Origin: Candidatus Eiseniibacteriota bacterium
GTDB lineage: Bacteria > Eisenbacteria > RBG-16-71-46 > CAZAMP01
Reading direction: 5' to 3'
Length of the DNA: 64,000 nt
Assembly: GCA_965224245.1 (NCBI GenBank)
Contig: OZ245046.1
Span: 3,104,001-3,168,000, forward strand
A model generated the notes under the pieces. That model was not told the origin of the DNA. It saw only the letters and a program-made list of their open reading frames with translations, and ran no database searches. Of this stretch, positions 38,327 to 47,900 are shown piece by piece. The stretch's first letter is position 1; each line of letters starts with the position of its first letter. A program made the position numbers and the translations under genes.

Positions 38327-38938
38327 ATGCAGCTCGACGAGGCGCTCCGTCAAATCTCCGACATTCGCGAGCAGATGGCGCGAACTCGCGCGTTCCGCGG
38401 CTATCGCTCGATGACCGTCGCCTTCTCCGGCGCGATGGGGCTGGCAGCCGCCGCGCTCCAGCCGCACTGGGTCGCGACGCCGGAGACCAACCTCGGGCGA
38501 TACCTCGGACTGTGGCTCGCCGTCGCGCTGATCAGCTTGCTCGCCGCCTGTCTCGAGCTGTACCGGCGCGCCCGAGACGACGGATCGGACGTGGCCCGTC
38601 AGCGGACGATGCACGCGGTCGAACAGTTTGCGCCCAGCGTCGTCGTGGGGGCTCTCCTGACGCTGATCATCCATGGCCGGGCACCCGACGTGGCCTGGAT
38701 GCTGCCGGGTCTGTGGTCGTCGATCTTCGGGCTGGGGATCTTCGCCTCGCGCCGGCTGCTGCCGCGGCAGGTCCGCTGGGTCGGCACGTTCTACGTCCTG
38801 TGCGGAGGTGGTTGCCTGTTGTGGGGACGCGGTGACAACGTCCTGTCTCCGTGGTTGATGGGCATCAGCTTCGGCGGCGGCCAGCTGCTGGGCGCGGTGA
38901 TCCTGTACTGGATTCTGGAGCGGGCCGATGCCGCGTAA
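38327..38938 (+). CDS. Hypothetical integral membrane protein (about 6 TM)
   Basis: ATG at 38327 after GGAGAGAGG; EALRQISDIREQMAR amphipathic N-terminus then hydrophobic helices; overlaps the downstream regulator. Confidence 0.75.
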   Translation: MQLDEALRQISDIREQMARTRAFRGYRSMTVAFSGAMGLAAAALQPHWVATPETNLGRYLGLWLAVALISLLAACLELYRRARDDGSDVARQRTMHAVEQFAPSVVVGALLTLIIHGRAPDVAWMLPGLWSSIFGLGIFASRRLLPRQVRWVGTFYVLCGGGCLLWGRGDNVLSPWLMGISFGGGQLLGAVILYWILERADAA

Positions 38939-39344
38939 CCGAGCGGGTGAGATCGATGGCGCCCGGAACGCCGCGGCCCGGGCGGGCCGGTTCTCGTACG
39001 ACGGCCTCGATCGTGTCATGCACGAGAAGGCCCGGTTGAGCATCCTGGCCTCCCTCGCCGCCAACGTCGAGGGACTCCTGTTCACCGACCTGAAAGAGCT
39101 GTGTGCGCTGACGGATGGGAATCTCAGCCGCCATCTGGCGGTTCTGAGCGATGCGGGGCTGGTCGACGTCTGGAAGCGCGCGGCGGGATCGCGACCCCGG
39201 ACCCTGTATCGCCTGACCGCCGATGGCCGGCGCCGGTTCGCCGCCTACATCGGCGTGCTGGAGAGGGTGGTGACGGATGCACAGGCGGACGAGGCAACCG
39301 CCACGCGCCGGCGCCGGTTGCCGGAAGGCTGGTCACCGGCCTAG
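38928..39344 (+). CDS. Winged-helix (ArsR-like/HTH_34) transcriptional regulator
   Basis: LDRVMHEKARLSILASL..FTDLKE..LTDGNLSRHL..L..AGLV..RT.YRLT..GR..F..Y. Confidence 0.88.
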   Translation: MPRNRAGEIDGARNAAARAGRFSYDGLDRVMHEKARLSILASLAANVEGLLFTDLKELCALTDGNLSRHLAVLSDAGLVDVWKRAAGSRPRTLYRLTADGRRRFAAYIGVLERVVTDAQADEATATRRRRLPEGWSPA

Positions 39345-39376
39345 CGACGCCGTTCACTTTACTTTTTTGACTCTTT

Positions 39377-39393
39377 GCTTTGCAGCGCAAAGT
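39377..39393. promoter_or_regulatory. Second copy of the operator (GCTTTG-N5-CAAAGT)
   Basis: GCTTTGCAGCGCAAAGT in an AT-rich patch upstream of the serine hydrolase; matches 38287-38303. Confidence 0.65.
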
Positions 39394-39448
39394 CCCGACG
39401 AATGGTGAGGACCGACCGGATGACGACGCACATCGGGCCGTCGCACGC

Positions 39449-40696
39449 ATGAGAGCTCCGCTGCTGATCGCGGTCGTCGCCGGCGTGCCGCTTGTCGTCA
39501 TCGTGATCGTGACGTGGGTGTGGATCACGATGCCGCCCGCGCTCGATCCGGACGCGCTGCCCGCACGCGTGCTCGAGCCCCCCTCGCCGGCATGGCGAGA
39601 CGCCGTGGAGGAGGGGCGATCCCTCGCCCGCGCGGCCGTCGCCGAGGAGAAGCTGCCGGGGCTCTCGGTGGCGGTCGCGGTGGATGGCGCGATCGTCTGG
39701 GCGGAGGGGTTTCGCTGGGCCGACATGGAGAGCCAGACGCCGGTGACGCCCGCGACGCGGTTCCGGATCGGCGGTATCTCCGCCACCCTCACCGCCGCCG
39801 CCGTCGGGCTCCTGTCCGAGCGGGACCTCCTCGATCCAGACGCCCCCGTGCGGCACTACGTTCCGAGCTTCCCCGAGAAGCGATGGCCGGTCACCACACG
39901 CCAGCTCATGTCGCACACCGGCGGCATCACGCCCTTCCGCGGTGAAGGCGGGATCATCCGGGGACCCGGCTGCGAGAACGATGCGGACCGCATCGCGATC
40001 TTCGCCGGCGATTCGTTGCGATTCCGGCCCGGAACGGATCGTCGCTACTCGACGTACGGCTGGGTGCTGGTGGGCGCCGTGGTTGCCGCGGCGGCGGACG
40101 AGTCCTATCTCGGCTTCGTCCGACGTGAGATCCTCGAGCCGCTGGGCATGGAGAGCACCGGTCCCGACGCCGCCGGCGGGACCGAGTCCGACCGCGCGCG
40201 GTTCTACTACCCCCGGATGATGCTCAGTCCGCGCTACGGCCTGCAGGACGCGCCGGTGGTGGATCTATCCTGTCACCTGCCGGCGGTCGGCTTCCTGTCC
40301 ACGCCTTCCGACCTCGTGCGCTTCGGCGCCGCGATGATGCGTGATCGACTGCTGAGTCGAGAGACGGTGGCGCAGCTGGAGGAACCGTCGCGGCTCGAGT
40401 CGGACGCACCGGCCGAGCAGGCGCTCGGCTGGATCGTGCGCACGATCCCGATGGGCACGGACTCGATCGCCACGCGGATCGTGGGCCAGGGCCTCGGGGA
40501 GGTCGTTCTCAGGAGACCGCTCTCGGTCCAGACCACGGGCGGCCAGGTCGCCGGGAGCACGGCATCGCTCATCCTCGTCCCCGAGCACGACGTCGCGGTT
40601 GCCGTGGCGAGCAACGTGACCGGCGCCGAGAGCGTGCCGTCGCTCGCGACCGAGCTCGCCGACCTCGTCGTCCGCCGTCTTCGATCGCGCCGATGA
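39449..40696 (+). CDS. Beta-lactamase/AmpC-fold serine hydrolase homologue lacking SxxK
   Basis: N-terminal TM; PGLSVAV, LDPDAPVRHY, TTRQLMSHTGG, PGT..YST and ILEPLGM motifs. The SxxK position reads FRIGGISAT. Confidence 0.85.
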   Translation: MRAPLLIAVVAGVPLVVIVIVTWVWITMPPALDPDALPARVLEPPSPAWRDAVEEGRSLARAAVAEEKLPGLSVAVAVDGAIVWAEGFRWADMESQTPVTPATRFRIGGISATLTAAAVGLLSERDLLDPDAPVRHYVPSFPEKRWPVTTRQLMSHTGGITPFRGEGGIIRGPGCENDADRIAIFAGDSLRFRPGTDRRYSTYGWVLVGAVVAAAADESYLGFVRREILEPLGMESTGPDAAGGTESDRARFYYPRMMLSPRYGLQDAPVVDLSCHLPAVGFLSTPSDLVRFGAAMMRDRLLSRETVAQLEEPSRLESDAPAEQALGWIVRTIPMGTDSIATRIVGQGLGEVVLRRPLSVQTTGGQVAGSTASLILVPEHDVAVAVASNVTGAESVPSLATELADLVVRRLRSRR

Positions 40697-40874
40697 TCCC
40701 GTGCATCTCGCACCATGCGACCGAGGAGGCCCGCCGGATGACGACGCGCCGCGTTCCCGGAGCCAGGTCGAAGCGGGACGCCGTGCGACCGCTCCTCCAC
40801 GGACTCCCGCGCTGGCGCGCCTGTTCGCGCGACCGGCGGCGCCGGCCGACGAGCCGGGCACCGAGGCGCCCCCG

Positions 40875-43800
40875 TCACGGGTGGAGAAACGACTCCAGTG
40901 AACGACGTCGCCCACTCTCCCACGCCGTCTCGTACGTCGTGTCCCCGAGGGTCCGCCGCACGCGCGCCAGCAACGGGTCGAGCTCGTCGGCGTGGCGCCT
41001 TCGCTGCCGAGGGTGGGGCCATCGTTCGTCGGCGGCGGCGAAGTGCTGAACGGCGCCCGTCAGGTCTCCGCTCGCCTCGGCCACGAATCCGAGCTCCACG
41101 AGCGTGATGGGGCAGGCGCGAGCATCGCCCAGCTCGTACTGCACGCGAAGGGCGCGCATGAGAAGCGCGCGCGCGTCGTCCAGGCGTCCCTGCCGGCGCG
41201 CGAGGCCGCCCAGGTCGGTCGCGCACAGGGCCTGCACGTAGGGGCTCTCGAACTGCTCGTCGTCACCGATGGCCTCCTCGAGCAACCGTCGCGCTTCGTC
41301 GAGTCGTCCCTCGGCCTCCGATGTCGCCGCCAGGTTCCTCAGGCAGTACTTCACCAGCTCCCGGAGATCCGCCTCGCGCGCCAGCGCCAGCCCTTCCTCC
41401 AGGTACCCTGTCGCCTCCGGGTAGCTCTCTCGCCCCACGGCCAGAACCGCCAGATTCACCAGGGTCTGCACGATGCCGTGCGGTGTACCCAGCCGCCGCC
41501 GGACCGCCAGTGCCTCGGTCAGGAGCTCCTGCGCTGTCTTCGTGTCGCCCCGGTCGATGGCCAGAATCGCGACGTTGTTGAGTGTCTGTGCGGTGGCCGA
41601 GTCGTCGCCGAGCTCTCGAAACAGCGTGAGGCTGGCGCCGAGGCGGCGCTGCGCCTCCTCTCGATCCCCCTGAGCCGCCGCGAGGTTTCCCACCGTGCGC
41701 AGAACGGGCGCGTGATGCCTCGGATAGCGCGCGGCGTCGGGATGATCGGCCAGCTCACTCCCGAGCGTACGGGCCTCGTGCCAGTGGCCACGCCGCTCGA
41801 AGTACCCGGCGAGATTCGCGACCATTTCGAGGGCCGTGCCCACGTCCCCGGATGCGCGGCAGCGCCGGAGCGCGGCTCGGATGTTGTCGAGATCGCGATC
41901 CATGCGGTCGAGAAGATCGGGCTCGTAGCCGCCCGGCCCACGGTGCGCCACGTTCCGCGCCCGATCCAGAAAGTGCGTCACGTGCCGACGGTCCACCGCG
42001 GAGCGAGGCTCCTCCTCGGTCAACCGCTCGGCGGCGAAGCTCCGGATCGTGTCGAGCATGTGGTAGCGCGTCCACCGCGAGGTGGTGTCCAGCGTGATCA
42101 GAGAGCGAGCCACGAGCTGATAGTGCAGGCTGGGGACATCCGATGCGTCCAGCGTATCGTCCGAGCACACGTCGGTCGCCGATTCCACCGTCCACCCGCC
42201 CGAGAAGACCGAGAGTCGACGCAACAACGTGCGCTCGGCACGACTCAGGAAGTCGTAGCTCCAGCCGACCAGCGCGCGCAGCGTCCCGTGGTGTGGCAGC
42301 GTCCCCGTGCCGGGATGGCCGAGATCCAGAAGGCACTCGTCGATCAGGCGGGCGATCTCGTCGATCGGCAGCGTCGCCGTGTACACGGCAACCAGCTCGA
42401 TCGCCAGCGGTATCCCATCGACGCGGCGACAGATCTGCGCCGTGCTCGTCGCGTTCGCCTCCGAGAGTGCGAAGCGACCGTCCGCAGCTCGCGCGCGATC
42501 GGTAAAGAGACGGACCGACTCCACCGTTCGCACGTCACCGAGCCGTGGACGCTCGGGATGCGGGAGCTCGAGCGGCGGAACGACGGCGGATACCTCGCCC
42601 GGCACGCGCAGCGCCTCGCGGCTCGTGGCGAGGATGCTGACGTTTTGCGTCGCGTGCACGATCCGTCCGACCGCGTCGGCGCAGGCGGCGGTGACGTGCT
42701 CGCAGCCGTCCAGAACCAGGAGCGCCCGGCGATCGGCGAGGAACGTGATGACGGCATCCAGCAAGGACTCCGTCGCGACCGGCTTCGCTCCGATGGCGCC
42801 CGCGATCACCGATGACACGAGACGCGGATCCGCGACGTGGGTGAGCTCGACGAACCAGACGCCGCCGGGAAACCAGGAGGCGGCGGATCGCGCGATCTCG
42901 ACGGCCGTCCGCGTCTTTCCGCACCCGCCCGTTCCGGTCAAGGTCACGAGTCGACGCTCGCGGATCGTCGCTCCGACGTCCCGGTGCAGCCGCTCACGTC
43001 CGACGTAGCGGGTCAGAAACCGCGGAAGAAACGGCTCGACCCTCGTGTCCGAGCCCGCGATCTCACGCGCCTTCTCGAGCGCCGCCGCCATCTCCCCCGC
43101 GCTCTCCCAGCGAGCCGTCGGATCGTGGGCGAGTGCGCGATCGATGGTGTGCGCGAACGCTTCCGAGAGCTCGGGCCGGCGCTCCCGGACGCTCGTCGTG
43201 GTGCGGGTCGCCAGCGCCGAGCGCAGCTCCTCCATGCTCGACGCTCGCACCGGGTACTCGCCGGTCACGAGCAGGTGAAGAAGGACGCCCAGGCTGTAGA
43301 GGTCGGAGCCCGGAGTCGCCACGCCACGTTCGAGAACCTCCGGCGCGACGTAGAGCGGGGTACCGACGACCCCCTGCGGACCGGATCCGCCGTCGCTCGC
43401 GTGATCGATGCCGGCCCCGAGGTCCATGAGCACGATCCGTCCGTCGGCGTCGCGCATGACGTTCGTCGCCTTCACGTCGCGGTGCAGGAGTCCGGCCTCG
43501 TGCGTGGCCGTCAGCGCGTGGCAGATCGCCAGCCCGACCTCGACGGCGACGCTCTCCGAGAACGTCCCGTCCGTCTCGAGAAGCTCGGCCAGGGTCCGTC
43601 CCCGGATGAGCTCCATGCGCAGTCCGATGAGGTCCTCGTGCTCGTCGATGCAGATGACGCGCACGATGTTGGGGTGTCGCAGGCGTGCGAGCCGGCGTCC
43701 CTCCTCGACGAGACGACCGACGACGCCGCCGCTCCCGGGCCGAAGGACCTTGACCGCGACGTGCTCGTCGAGGAGCAGGTCCCTGGCACGATAGACCGTG

Positions 43801-44075
43801 CCGAACGTCCCGCGACCGATCGTCGACTCCAGTCGAAGCGAGCCCCAGGCCGCCGGTACGGGTGTGCCGTCCGCGAGCACGTCGAGGGACGCATCCGGTG
43901 ATGCCTCGGCGAGCCTCGAGACGCGGGCGATGAGCTCCAATGCGTCGACGACCCCCGCGTCCTCCGACCTCGACGATCGTTCGCGCGGCCAGTCGACGTT
44001 CACCCCGTCCGCAACGGACTCCGCGAGTGGATCGACCGGTTCGTCGCGACGCGACGCCTCGCTACGCGCGGTCAT
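40875..44075 (-). CDS. Cytoplasmic Ser/Thr kinase - STAND (NB-ARC-like) ATPase - TPR protein
   Basis: GRGTFGTVY, HRDVKATN, DLG and GTPLYVAPE kinase motifs; Walker A GTGGCGKT, Walker B LLVLDGCEH, DGIPLAIEL; C-terminal TPRs; no TM seen. Confidence 0.9.
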   Translation of the reverse strand: MTARSEASRRDEPVDPLAESVADGVNVDWPRERSSRSEDAGVVDALELIARVSRLAEASPDASLDVLADGTPVPAAWGSLRLESTIGRGTFGTVYRARDLLLDEHVAVKVLRPGSGGVVGRLVEEGRRLARLRHPNIVRVICIDEHEDLIGLRMELIRGRTLAELLETDGTFSESVAVEVGLAICHALTATHEAGLLHRDVKATNVMRDADGRIVLMDLGAGIDHASDGGSGPQGVVGTPLYVAPEVLERGVATPGSDLYSLGVLLHLLVTGEYPVRASSMEELRSALATRTTTSVRERRPELSEAFAHTIDRALAHDPTARWESAGEMAAALEKAREIAGSDTRVEPFLPRFLTRYVGRERLHRDVGATIRERRLVTLTGTGGCGKTRTAVEIARSAASWFPGGVWFVELTHVADPRLVSSVIAGAIGAKPVATESLLDAVITFLADRRALLVLDGCEHVTAACADAVGRIVHATQNVSILATSREALRVPGEVSAVVPPLELPHPERPRLGDVRTVESVRLFTDRARAADGRFALSEANATSTAQICRRVDGIPLAIELVAVYTATLPIDEIARLIDECLLDLGHPGTGTLPHHGTLRALVGWSYDFLSRAERTLLRRLSVFSGGWTVESATDVCSDDTLDASDVPSLHYQLVARSLITLDTTSRWTRYHMLDTIRSFAAERLTEEEPRSAVDRRHVTHFLDRARNVAHRGPGGYEPDLLDRMDRDLDNIRAALRRCRASGDVGTALEMVANLAGYFERRGHWHEARTLGSELADHPDAARYPRHHAPVLRTVGNLAAAQGDREEAQRRLGASLTLFRELGDDSATAQTLNNVAILAIDRGDTKTAQELLTEALAVRRRLGTPHGIVQTLVNLAVLAVGRESYPEATGYLEEGLALAREADLRELVKYCLRNLAATSEAEGRLDEARRLLEEAIGDDEQFESPYVQALCATDLGGLARRQGRLDDARALLMRALRVQYELGDARACPITLVELGFVAEASGDLTGAVQHFAAADERWPHPRQRRRHADELDPLLARVRRTLGDTTYETAWESGRRRSLESFLHP

Positions 44076-44679
44076 GGAGCGCCCTGGCGAGCCGGGACAC
44101 CGCGCGACTCACGGCCTTGCGTGCCGCGATGGTGGACGGCTTTCCCAGTATGTCGGCCACGTGCTCGTAGGGAAGACCCATCTCGAGGCGGGCGATGATC
44201 GCCTCGCGATCGACGTCGCGGAGCGCGCGGAGCGCCTTCTCGTACCGGGCCATCTCGTCCTGCGTGACGACGTGGTCGAGCGCGTTCGGCACGGACGGAC
44301 CCGCTGCGTCGTCCGCGAGCGGCAAAGAGGTCGGGCGGCGTCCGAGTCGACGGGCCTCCTCCCTCACCCGGTTGTGGAGTGTCGTGCGGAGGTAGGCGAG
44401 GAGCGCGCCGTCGCGCCGGTGCTCGAATCCGGAGAGGTTCTTCAGCGTCCGGACGATCGTCTCCTGGACGAGATCGTCGGTCTCCAGCATGCCCCGCGCG
44501 CCCGCCGGCACCCGACCCCGCGCCCAGCGCTGGAGCATGGGCAGATATCGGTTGCAGAGCCGGTCGAGGGCCGCGGCGTCGCCGAGCTGGGCCTTGTGCA
44601 GGAGCTCGACCGACGACTCGGTGCGAGTCCTGGTGCGTCGTGAGGCATGCTCTCGCGGGTTGCCGCTCTCGACCTGCAT
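44062..44679 (-). CDS. ECF sigma factor, kinase-associated
   Basis: LLHKAQLGDAAALDRL..RY, MLETDDLVQET, YLRTTLHNRVRE and YEHVADILG..ARKAVSRA motifs; overlaps the kinase start. Start at 44679 or 44700. Confidence 0.88.
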   Translation of the reverse strand: MQVESGNPREHASRRTRTRTESSVELLHKAQLGDAAALDRLCNRYLPMLQRWARGRVPAGARGMLETDDLVQETIVRTLKNLSGFEHRRDGALLAYLRTTLHNRVREEARRLGRRPTSLPLADDAAGPSVPNALDHVVTQDEMARYEKALRALRDVDREAIIARLEMGLPYEHVADILGKPSTIAARKAVSRAVSRLARALHDRA

Positions 44680-44756
44680 GGCTGCTCCCGTGTCGCGCAC
44701 GCCGTTCGCGCACGTCGCCGTGGTGGGCGCCTCCTCGGCCGCTGCATGACGACATG

Positions 44757-44765
44757 ACTATATCA
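44757..44765 (-). promoter_or_regulatory. Extended -10 element (TGATATAGT) upstream of the ECF sigma gene
   Basis: TGnTATAGT on the minus strand in an AT-rich patch about 60-80 nt before the start. Confidence 0.45.
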
Positions 44766-44943
44766 AAGAACGGTGCCGGCACCGCCGTTTGCCGCGATCA
44801 CGGCGCGGGACGCTCTTTTGGGGGGCGGCAGGGGGCTGTCGGGTCGGCACATGTGACCGGTCGAGCCCGCCGCGCGCCGGAAGGCGCGGGCGAGCTTGGG
44901 GTGGACCCCCGGCTCGCGGATCAGCCGCGGAGACGCTCGGCCG

Positions 44944-47900
44944 TCAACGGAGCACGGTGAGCTTGTGGGTCGATCGGAGCCCGGGCACCGTGACCTGGTA
45001 GAAGTACAGGCCGCTCGAGAGTCCGTGGCCGTCCACCCGGATCCGGTGCGTGCCCGCCGCGTGGTGTGCGCGGCTCAGCGTGCGGACGAACCGTCCCCCC
45101 GCGTCGTAGAGATCGACGGTCACCCGGCCCGCCACGGGAAGCTCCAGCCCGATCCACGTTGTGCCGCGAAGCGGGTTCGGCGCGGCCGGACGTACGGCAG
45201 CCACGACCGGCGCCAAGGTGGGCGGGTCGGACGACGCGAGGACCACGGGCCACGACGCCAGGCCGACTCCGCCATGAAGGTAACCGAGGAACGTGGTGTA
45301 CTCGCCCACGACGTTCACTTCGTAGAACCCGACGCCGTCCACACCGTAGATCGTTCCATCCGACGCCGCCGCGAGATCCACGATCTCGGTGGAGAACTGC
45401 GCGATCAGCGTGAAGGCTCCCGTCTCTCGATCGATCTCGAACACGTACGTACTGGTGAGGGCGGCCACGCTCAGCAGACGATCGAGCGCCGGGTCGTAGA
45501 CGAGCCCCGTGGCGAGGTACATGAGCCCTTCGAAGGGGACCGTAACCACGAGCGTGACCGGATCCACCTGGTAGAGCGTGCCGCCGGTAATGCCCACGCC
45601 CCAGAGCGTCCCCGTGTCATCGAACGCCAGCGACCCCAGGGGACTGCCGGTGCCGAGGGAGCCCAGGTCCATCGAGGCACCCGATTCGCCATCGAGCCGG
45701 TAGAGGTGATCGTTCGCGTTGCTCGACGCGAAGATGGCGCCGGTGGGGTCGATCGCCAGCCCCGGGAGATACCCCGGGACCCCCGTGTGGCCGATCGGGT
45801 CGGCGATCTCGCCCCCGAGCCGCGGAATGCTCGCGAAGTCCACCACCACGAGCTCGACGCCGATCGCGGTGGATCGAGTGGCGATCGCGCCGTCGATCGG
45901 CGCGGGGCCCACGACGTCGCCGACCGTGACGGTGAGTGGCACCGCGACCTCGGGCTGCATCGGGTCGCTGCTGGTGATGGTGAGCGGGCACTCGTACACG
46001 CCCGTCGTCACTCCGGCCGCGTCGAGGGTCACGGTGAGGGTCTCGGAGTCGCCCCCGACGATGGTGCCGGCGGGCGGGGAGACCGAGATCCACGGGCAGG
46101 CCGCGTCCACCGCCACCGCCCAGCCGAGAGGCGGCGAGTCGGGCGCGTTTTCGAGCTCGAGCGCCAGCGCCGAGACGAAGCCCTCGGGCAGCTCCGCCTC
46201 CAGCGAGTCGGGACCGAACGTCATGACCGCGGGCGGCTCGACGAGCGCGATGCGCTGATCCACGGTCGGGGTCTCCACGCTGATCGCCCCCGACGGCCAC
46301 CGCACGCGCACCTCGTCGATCGTCGTGTTCGCTCCCAGTCCGAAATGCGCCACGAGGTCGTTCTGGGCGAGATACCCCTCTCCCGCGGACACCATTCGCG
46401 TCTGGGTCACGCCCCCCGCGGTGAGCTCGACGCGCGCCCCGATGGCGGCCCTGTTCGAGGTGACACCCTCCAGTGAGACCTGCAGCCAGTGCGCACCGGT
46501 GTCGGTGTCGTTCCGGAGAAGCTGGTTGGCCCCGATCGACCCCACGTAGACGTCGACGTCCCCGTCCAGGTCGTAGTCGCTCACCGCAGCGGCAACCGGA
46601 ACGCCGCTGAACGCGATGCTCCCCATCTGAACGGGAACGAACACGCCTCCACCCTCGTTCTCGAAGAGCTGGCTGTCGGACGCGTCGAGCAGAAGGACGT
46701 CGAGGTCGCCGTCGTTGTCGAAGTCCAGCCAGACCCCGCCGCGGTTTCCGTTTCCCATCGTTCCCTGCAGCAACCCCGCCGTGACGTCCCTGAAGATGCC
46801 GTACCCGTCGTTTCGGAACAGCCGATCGGCTGCGAGGCTGTTCACGACGTGCAGGTCGAGATCGCCGTCGTTGTCGTAGTCGATCCAGCTGACGCCGCGC
46901 GTGCCGTCGGTGTCGTCGAGCGGGCCCCCGGTCGCGTCGGCGAAGCTGCCGCCTCCGTCGTTTCGCAGGAGCACGTTCGTCGAGGTGCTGTTGTTTCCGA
47001 CGTAGAAGTCGAGGTCACCGTCGTCGTCGTAGTCGCCCCACGCCCCGCCGCGGGCCGATCGCGTGTCACCGATCGGTCCGGCGGTGACGTCGCTGAACGT
47101 CCCCGCGTCGTTCCGGAGGAGCAGGTTGGCACCGGTCCGGAGTACGTAGAGATCGACGTACCCGTCGTCGTCGTAATCCCCCCACGGCGCGAAGCGGGAG
47201 GGACCGGAGTCGTCGAGCGGGGCCACCGTCACGTCGGCGAAGACGTGACTTCCGTCGTTACGAAGAAGCTTGCTGGGCTCATTGAAGTTCACGAGGTAGA
47301 GATCGAGATCGCCGTCGTTGTCGTAGTCGGCCAGGGTGGTGCCGCTTCCCTCGCCGGCATCTCCTGCGGGGCCGCTGGTGACGTCGACGAACGAGCCGCC
47401 ATCGTTGCGGAAGAGCAGGTTGGAGCTCGACAGGTTCGTCACGTAGAGATCGGCGTCACCGTCACCGTCGGTGTCTCCCCACGCGACGCCGCGCGCCGAG
47501 GACGCGTCGTCGATCGGTGCCGCGGTGGCGTCCGTCCAGTCGGTGACCTCCATCGCCTCGGTGACGACGATCCGCTGATCCACCGAGGGGGTCAGGTCCT
47601 GCACGAGCCCCGAGGGCCACCTGACGCGCAGGAGGTCGACCGTCGTGGCGCTCCCCAGCCCGAAGCTGACGGTGTAGGGAGATTGACCGTGGGCGCCGGT
47701 GTCGGCGCGCACCTCGCCGACCTGCATCACCCCACCGGCGGTCAGCTCCAGTCGCGCCCCCACACCGAAGTGATTCGAGAGCACACCCACCAGATCGACC
47801 TGAAGCCAGTGATTCCCCGGGCTCTCGTCGTTCCGGAAGAGACGGTTGACGTCCCCGTACGAGGCCTGGAAGAGATCGAGGTCACCGTCCCCGTCGTAGT

